64,000 nucleotides of DNA from positions 416,001-480,000 of the forward strand of contig CAWGKG010000014.1 in the NCBI GenBank assembly GCA_963823035.1, in the 5' to 3' direction. The notes under the pieces were generated by a model. The model did not search any database. It was not told where the DNA came from and worked only from the letters and a program-made list of their open reading frames with translations. A program made the position numbers and the translations under genes. Shown here in pieces: positions 58,219 through 64,000 of the stretch (within the stretch, counting starts at the first letter, position 1; the number at the start of each line of letters is the position of its first letter). The DNA comes from an uncultured Gemmatimonadales bacterium (GTDB lineage: Bacteria; Gemmatimonadota; Gemmatimonadetes; Longimicrobiales; Gaopeijiaceae).

Positions 58219-59290
58219 GCTCGGGCGAACGGTTTCACCACCGCCATCGCGTCGCCGTAGGAGTAGAAGCGATAGTCCCCGGCAATGGCCTCGGCGTACG
58301 CCGCCATCACGCGCTCGTAGCCGCCGAGCGCGGCGACGAGCATGAGAAGCGTGGAGCGCGGCAGGTGGAAGTTCGTGATCAGGCAGTCCACGGCGCCGGA
58401 AGGAGTATGGCGGCCGGATGAAGAGGTCCGTCGAGCCGGTGCCGGCCCGCACCCGGCCGTGCTCGTCCGCTACGGACTCGAGCGTGCGCACCGCGGTCGT
58501 CCCCACCGCCCAGACCCGTCCGCCCCCGGCGCGGGCCGCGTTGATCGTCTCGGCGGCGGCGGGTGTGACCTCGTAGGCCTCGTGATGGAGCTCGTGCTGC
58601 GCCGGATCGTCGACCTCGACGGGCCGGAAGGTGCCGATGCCCACGTGCAGCGTCAGCTCGGCACGGTGCACACCCCGAGCCTCCAGCCCGGCGAGCAGCT
58701 CCTCCGTGAAGTGGAGCCCGGCCGTCGGGGCCGCGACGGAGCCCGGGGTACGCGCGTACACCGTCTGGTAGCGTTCCCGGTCGATCGCCTCGTCGTCCCT
58801 CTCTATATAAGGAGGGAGCGGCACGTGTCCGTGGCGCTCGAGCGCCTCCTCGACCGGGAGCGGGGTGACCAGCCGCACCAGGCGGCCTCCACCGGGCACG
58901 GAATCGAGGACCTCCACGCGCAGATCGTCCGCGACGAGCACGGTGCGCCCGGGCTTGAGCTTGCCGCCCGGACGGACCAGCGCCTCCCACAGGTGGTCGT
59001 CGCCCGCGCTCCGGTGCGGGGCGCAGGAGCAGCACCTCGGAGGGGGCGCCCGTGGGCTTGCGGCCGAGCAGGCGCGCCGGCAGCACCCTGCTCTCGTTGA
59101 CCACGAGGACGTCACCCGGTTGGAAGAGCTCGGCGACGTCGCGGAAGCGCAGGTGTCGGAACGGCTCGTCCCCCGGCGAGATCACGAGCAGCCGGCTCTC
59201 GTCCCGGCGCTCGGCGGGGTAGCGGGCGATCCGTCGGGGATCGAGCGCGTAGTCGTAGTCGGAGACGCGTGTCCCGTCGGGGCGCCTCAT
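58215..59290 (-). CDS. queA: S-adenosylmethionine:tRNA ribosyltransferase-isomerase (apparent frameshifts near 59020 and 58395)
   Basis: [46 protein letters not shown]. Confidence 0.95.
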
Positions 59291-59327
59291 CAGGGCGTGC
59301 GGCGGTGCGGGAACATCGTGCCGCCCC

Positions 59328-60374
59328 TCAGCGCTCCTCGAAGAGCGTGCCCTGCTGGCCGCCGGCGCCGGGCTCCTTGAGCGTGTATCCGAAGCGGCGG
59401 AAGGCGCGCGGGGTGGCCACACGACCCTGCGGCGTGCGCATCAGGAAGCCCTCCATGATCAGGAAGGGCTCGTAGACCTCCTCGAGCGTGGTCGCGTCCT
59501 CCCCCATCGCGACGGCCAGGGAGTTCAGCCCGACCGGGCCGCCCTCGAACTTCTCGATGAGCGTCTTGAGCACGCGCGCGTCCATCTCGTCCAGGCCGTA
59601 CTCGTCCACGTCGAGCATGCGCAGCGCCTCGCCCGCCACGCGCTCGTCGACCCGGCCGTCCGCCCGAACCTGGGCGTAGTCCCGCACCCGCCGCAGGAGC
59701 CGGTTCGCGACGCGGGGCGTGCCACGCGAGCGGCGAGCGATCTCCAGCGCCCCGCCCCCCGTGGTCTCCAGGCCGAGGATCTCCGCGCTACGCACGACGA
59801 TCGTGGCCAGCTCCTCGGGGGGGTAGAAGTTGAGCCGTTGGACGATGCCGAAGCGCGCCCGCATGGGCGCGGTGAGCAGCCCGAAGCGGGTGGTGGCGCC
59901 GACCAACGTGAAGCGCTCGATCTTCATGGTCATCGTCTGCGCCTTCGGTCCGTCCGACAGGCGGATCTCGATCCGACAGTCCTCCATGGCCGGATAGAGG
60001 AACTCCTCGATGATCGGGCGCAGGCGGTGGATCTCATCGATGAAGAGGACGTCGCCCTCCCGCTGGTTCGTCAGGATGCCGACCAGGTCGGCGGGCTTCT
60101 CCAGGACGGGTCCGGAGGTCGTCTTGAAGTTCACCCCCATCTCACGCGCCAGGAGCGAGCCGAGCGTCGTCTTGCCGAGCCCCGCGGGCCCATGGAAGAG
60201 GATGTGGTCGAGCGGCTCGCGCCGCTGCCGGGCGGCCTCGATCGCGATGGAGAGGGCCTCCCGCACCTTGGCCTGGCCGATGAACTCGGAAAGCCGCTGC
60301 GGCCGCAGGGAGGGCTCGGACGGCTGGTCCTCTTCCAGGGACGCCGGCGTCGTGATCTGGGTGCGCTCGCTCAT
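59328..60374 (-). CDS. ruvB: Holliday junction branch migration helicase
   Basis: [34 protein letters not shown]. Confidence 0.98.
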   Translation of the reverse strand: MSERTQITTPASLEEDQPSEPSLRPQRLSEFIGQAKVREALSIAIEAARQRREPLDHILFHGPAGLGKTTLGSLLAREMGVNFKTTSGPVLEKPADLVGILTNQREGDVLFIDEIHRLRPIIEEFLYPAMEDCRIEIRLSDGPKAQTMTMKIERFTLVGATTRFGLLTAPMRARFGIVQRLNFYPPEELATIVVRSAEILGLETTGGGALEIARRSRGTPRVANRLLRRVRDYAQVRADGRVDERVAGEALRMLDVDEYGLDEMDARVLKTLIEKFEGGPVGLNSLAVAMGEDATTLEEVYEPFLIMEGFLMRTPQGRVATPRAFRRFGYTLKEPGAGGQQGTLFEER

Positions 60375-60650
60375 GGGCGTGCAATATGGCAGGTGCGCGT
60401 CTGAAAGCCCAACGACTGCGCGAGCCGGATCTCATTGGTCGTTCCTGCCACGCCCGTATTGAAACCGTGGCACTTGCGCGGCCTCGTGCTTGTGAGGAAC
60501 TTGTACATGGCCCCGACCCGGGGGATTCCTCCGCGTCGCGGGAGAAGCCGTTCTTTCTGCCTCCTGCACCCCACCCGTGCAGCATGCCCGCCTGGAGGCG
60601 AAACGGCGGCCGAACCACCGAGAGGCCACTCACTCATCACGGAGGTTCCG

Positions 60651-63600
60651 ATGACCGCAAAAGAGGTTCGAAAGAACCCGGCCAGGACCTTCCTGTCTCT
60701 GCTCGCCACAGGACTGTTCGTGGCGGCATCGACGGGATTGGTCACGGCCGCGCCGGCAGCGGCACAGACCGGCGCGATCACGGGCACGATCACGAGTGCC
60801 CAGACGGGCGAGCCGCTGTCGGCGGCTCAGGTCAGCATCGATGGCACAGGCCTCGGTACGCTGACGCAGGCGAACGGGAAGTTCCTGATCCTGCGCGTGC
60901 CCGCGGGCACGTACACGGTGAACGCGATCCTGATCGGATTCGCGAACGCCAGCACGACGGTGACGGTGTCCAACGGCGAGTCGGCCGTGGCCGACATCCG
61001 CCTCGCGCCGCAGGCCATCTCGCTTTCGGAGATCGTCGTGACCGGTGTGGCCGGCGCGACGCAGCGCACGAAGCTCCCCTTCGACGTAACGCAGGTCCGT
61101 GTGGCGGATCTGCCCGTACCGCAGTCGAACGCCGCCCAGGCCCTCCAGGGCAAGGTGGCGGGCGCGACGGTGGTGCAGGGCAGCGGCCGGCCGGGCTCGG
61201 CGCCGTCGATCCTGCTTCGCGGCGTGACGAGCCTGGACGCTTCGGGCCGTGACCAGGAGCCGCTCTACATCGTGGACGGCGTGATCATGAGCAGCAGCAT
61301 GGTCGACCTGGACGCGCTGGACATCCAGAGCATCGAGGTCGTGAAGGGCGCCGCTGCGGCGTCGCTGTACGGCTCGCGCGCGGGCGCCGGCGTCATCCAG
61401 GTCCGGACGAAGCGTGGGGCGCAGATCGCGGACGACCAGGTGCGCTACACCTTCCGCAACGAGTACGGCAGCAGCGAGCTGGGGTACAAGCCGGACATGC
61501 TGCTGTCGAAGAAGCACCGCTTCGAGCTGTCCCCCGACGGCACGCAGTTCGTAGACAACGACGGCACGTACTGCAGCTGGCTCGACTGCTCGCAGCCGCG
61601 TGAGTCGGGCGCGAACGCGTGGAGCACGTACCAGGAGAACATCTGGCCGGGGCAGACCTACGACCAGGTCGCGCGCTTCTTCACGGGCGGGAACTACCTG
61701 CAGTCGAACCTGGCGGCCGAAGGCCGTTCGGGGCGCACGAACTTCCACGTGTCCGCGAGCCGGCTGGACCAGGGAGGGATCCTGCGGTTCACGCCGGGCT
61801 TCAAGCGGAGCAACTTCCGCGTGAACGTGGACCAGTCGGTGGTGGACAACCTGACGATCCAGAGCAGCGTCTTCTACAGCAAGTCGACGCAGGGCGCCGG
61901 TGAGGGCCCGCTGTTCGACCTGACGCGGATGCCGGCGGGGATCGACCTGCTGGCCCAGGATCCGAACCACCCCGGGGACGTCATCCTGGCGGTGAACCCG
62001 ACGGACTCCGAGAGCGACAACCCGATCTACGAGCTGCAGCACTACTCGCAGACGCAGGCGCGCGCCCGCTTCCTCGGAAGCGTGAACGCCCGGTACTCGC
62101 CGTTGGAGTGGCTCAACGTCGACGGCAACTTCAGCTTCGACCGGCTCGACCGGGACGACGAGAACTTCCGCGAGAAGGGTTTTCGCTGCACCGAGCCGTG
62201 CACGAGCTTCACGGCGGGCACGCTGTACCAGCGGCGCTATCGGGACGAGGCGCTGAACGCCAGCCTCACGGCGTCGGCGCGCTGGAACCTGACGGACCAG
62301 ATCCGCAACACGACCCAGGCCCGTTACCTGTACGAGAACGACGACTACAACTGGTTCGACACCTACGGCTACGGCTTCGCCGTCGGCAAGGTGCCGACGT
62401 TCTCGAACATCGATCAGAACAACATCACGGCGGACTCCTACCTCAGGACGGTCCGCGCCGATGGTTACTTCCTGCTCACGAACTTCGACATGTACGACAA
62501 GTACGTGGTCGACGCGCTGATCCGTAACGACGGCAGCTCGCTGTTCGGCGCCGACCAGCGCAGGCAGTGGTACTACCGTTTTGCCGGTGCCTGGCGACTC
62601 GGTCAGGAGGATTTCTTCAACATCCCGGGCATCGACGAGTTCAAGCTGCGCTACGCGATCGGGACGGCCGGCGGGCGGCCGAACTTCGAGTCGCAGTACG
62701 AGACCTACAGCGTCAGCGGCGGCATCATCTCGCCGGTCAGCCTCGGCAACAAGAACCTGAAGCCCGAGTTCTCGACGGAGCACGAGGCCGGGCTCGACAT
62801 GAGCATGTTCAACTCGAAGGTCACGGCCAACCTGACGTACGCGTTCAACACGACGAAGGACCAGATCCTGCCGGTTCCGCAGCCCTCGTACACGGGCTTC
62901 AGGACGCAGTGGCGGAATGCGGGCACGGTCGAGAGCAAGACGTGGGAGGCGACGCTGGACTTCCGCCTCCTCGAGAGGCCGAGCTTCAACTGGAGCGCGA
63001 AGCTCCTGTACGACCACACGAAGTCGACGATCACCGAGCTGACCGAGCCGCCGTTCGTGTACGGCGTGAGCGGCCAGCAGCTGGGTGAGGTCTTCTATGC
63101 CCGAGCGGGCGAAGAGGTCGGCACGTTCTACGGCGGCATCCTGGCGCGCACCTGCGCCGACCTGCCGTCCGACGTGTCGTGCGACGGCTTCCAGGTCGAC
63201 GACCACAACTTCCTGGTGTGGACCGGCGGCAGCGGCTTCGACAGCCCGCAGTGGGGCACCACGGGTCCCGCGGTGGGCGGCAGCAACGTCATGTGGGGCA
63301 CGCCGTTCGGCGGCTTCTGCGTCGACCGCACGACGGGTGAGCAGACCCGCAGCTGCAAGGTGGGCAACACGATGCCGGACTACAACTTCGGCGTCTCCAC
63401 CACCATGACCGTCAAGGGGCTGAGCCTGTACGCGCTCGTGAACCGCAGCGCCGGCTTCGACGTGTACAACCAGCCGCTGCAGTGGGGCTTCTTCAAGCGG
63501 GCGACCGCGTACTACGACCAGGACGCGAACCTGCCGGAGAACCAGAAGAAGCCGCTGGGCTACTGGGACGCCTGGTACAGCGGAAGTGGTGGTCTCGGAC

Positions 63601-63890
63601 CGAACAACGAGTTCGTCGAGGACGGGACGTTCACGAAGCTGCGTGAGGTCTCGCTGAGCTACCGGCTCCGTCAGGACCAACTGGGCGGGATCCCGGGACT
63701 CGACAGGTTCCAGGGCATCGGCATCAGCGTGACGGGACGGAACCTCCTCACCTGGACGAACTACCGGGGCTACGACCCGGAGATCGGCAAGACGGGTGGT
63801 GACACCGGTTCCGCCGCGATCGCCCGGGTGGACGGATACACGTATCCGAACTTCCGGACGTGGACCGCCGCTCTCGAACTCATCTTCTAA
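60651..63890 (+). CDS. SusC/RagA-family TonB-dependent outer membrane transporter
   Basis: Carboxypeptidase-regulatory-like N-domain, PLYIVDG, IEVVKGAAAASLYGSRAGAGVI, LKPE, YDPE, terminal F; GGAGG RBS. Confidence 0.95.
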   Translation: MTAKEVRKNPARTFLSLLATGLFVAASTGLVTAAPAAAQTGAITGTITSAQTGEPLSAAQVSIDGTGLGTLTQANGKFLILRVPAGTYTVNAILIGFANASTTVTVSNGESAVADIRLAPQAISLSEIVVTGVAGATQRTKLPFDVTQVRVADLPVPQSNAAQALQGKVAGATVVQGSGRPGSAPSILLRGVTSLDASGRDQEPLYIVDGVIMSSSMVDLDALDIQSIEVVKGAAAASLYGSRAGAGVIQVRTKRGAQIADDQVRYTFRNEYGSSELGYKPDMLLSKKHRFELSPDGTQFVDNDGTYCSWLDCSQPRESGANAWSTYQENIWPGQTYDQVARFFTGGNYLQSNLAAEGRSGRTNFHVSASRLDQGGILRFTPGFKRSNFRVNVDQSVVDNLTIQSSVFYSKSTQGAGEGPLFDLTRMPAGIDLLAQDPNHPGDVILAVNPTDSESDNPIYELQHYSQTQARARFLGSVNARYSPLEWLNVDGNFSFDRLDRDDENFREKGFRCTEPCTSFTAGTLYQRRYRDEALNASLTASARWNLTDQIRNTTQARYLYENDDYNWFDTYGYGFAVGKVPTFSNIDQNNITADSYLRTVRADGYFLLTNFDMYDKYVVDALIRNDGSSLFGADQRRQWYYRFAGAWRLGQEDFFNIPGIDEFKLRYAIGTAGGRPNFESQYETYSVSGGIISPVSLGNKNLKPEFSTEHEAGLDMSMFNSKVTANLTYAFNTTKDQILPVPQPSYTGFRTQWRNAGTVESKTWEATLDFRLLERPSFNWSAKLLYDHTKSTITELTEPPFVYGVSGQQLGEVFYARAGEEVGTFYGGILARTCADLPSDVSCDGFQVDDHNFLVWTGGSGFDSPQWGTTGPAVGGSNVMWGTPFGGFCVDRTTGEQTRSCKVGNTMPDYNFGVSTTMTVKGLSLYALVNRSAGFDVYNQPLQWGFFKRATAYYDQDANLPENQKKPLGYWDAWYSGSGGLGPNNEFVEDGTFTKLREVSLSYRLRQDQLGGIPGLDRFQGIGISVTGRNLLTWTNYRGYDPEIGKTGGDTGSAAIARVDGYTYPNFRTWTAALELIF

Positions 63891-63902
63891 GGGAGCCGAT
63901 CC

Positions 63903-64000
63903 ATGAAGAACCTGATGAAGTATCTGATGGTCGGCTCGCTGCTGGTGTTCGGCACCTCGGCGTGCGCCGACCTCGAAGTCACGAACCAGAACGACGCCGA
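63903..64000 (+). CDS. Start of a SusD/RagB-family lipoprotein (truncated by the window)
   Basis: MKNLMKYLMVGSLLVFGTSAC-ADLEVTNQND lipobox directly after SusC. Confidence 0.75.
   Translation, partial: MKNLMKYLMVGSLLVFGTSACADLEVTNQNDA

Noticed and set aside
60560..60650. Possible riboswitch in the susC leader
   Set aside because: Only short GC hairpins; I could not match cobalamin, TPP or c-di-GMP consensus elements by eye.

Overview
GC-rich bacterial chromosomal window. Gene content (SusC/SusD pair, PadR + duplicated orphan ABC permeases, long two-domain NagB, TamA/TamB) suggests Gemmatimonadota or a similar lineage; this is inference. Contents: a small accessory block (1-3.2 kb); an amino-sugar/peptidoglycan-recycling cluster (two GH3 NagZ-type enzymes, one fused to a serine hydrolase, two SSS symporters, nagB, a sugar kinase); a CesT-like/pspA/dat/MBL operon; uvrA; tamAB; a long minus-strand housekeeping run (ruvB-queA // tgt-yajC-def-fmt-thiESG-rsmB-PASTA ... 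tsaD-lgt); and a SusC/SusD pair. About 17 apparent frameshifts, several in housekeeping genes, look like sequencing indels. Two structures stand out. (1) A GxxExxY PD-(D/E)xK nuclease gene is bracketed by two ~70-bp palindromes built from 9-nt units; the repeats supply its RBS and stop codon, and a gene-less copy lies 33 kb away, resembling a REP/MITE-like repeat-nuclease system. (2) A ~13-kb accretion zone between queA and tgt holds three PadR-permease cassettes, each with its own palindromic operator; one is flanked by a 101-bp direct duplication of the queA 3' end with no integrase in the window.
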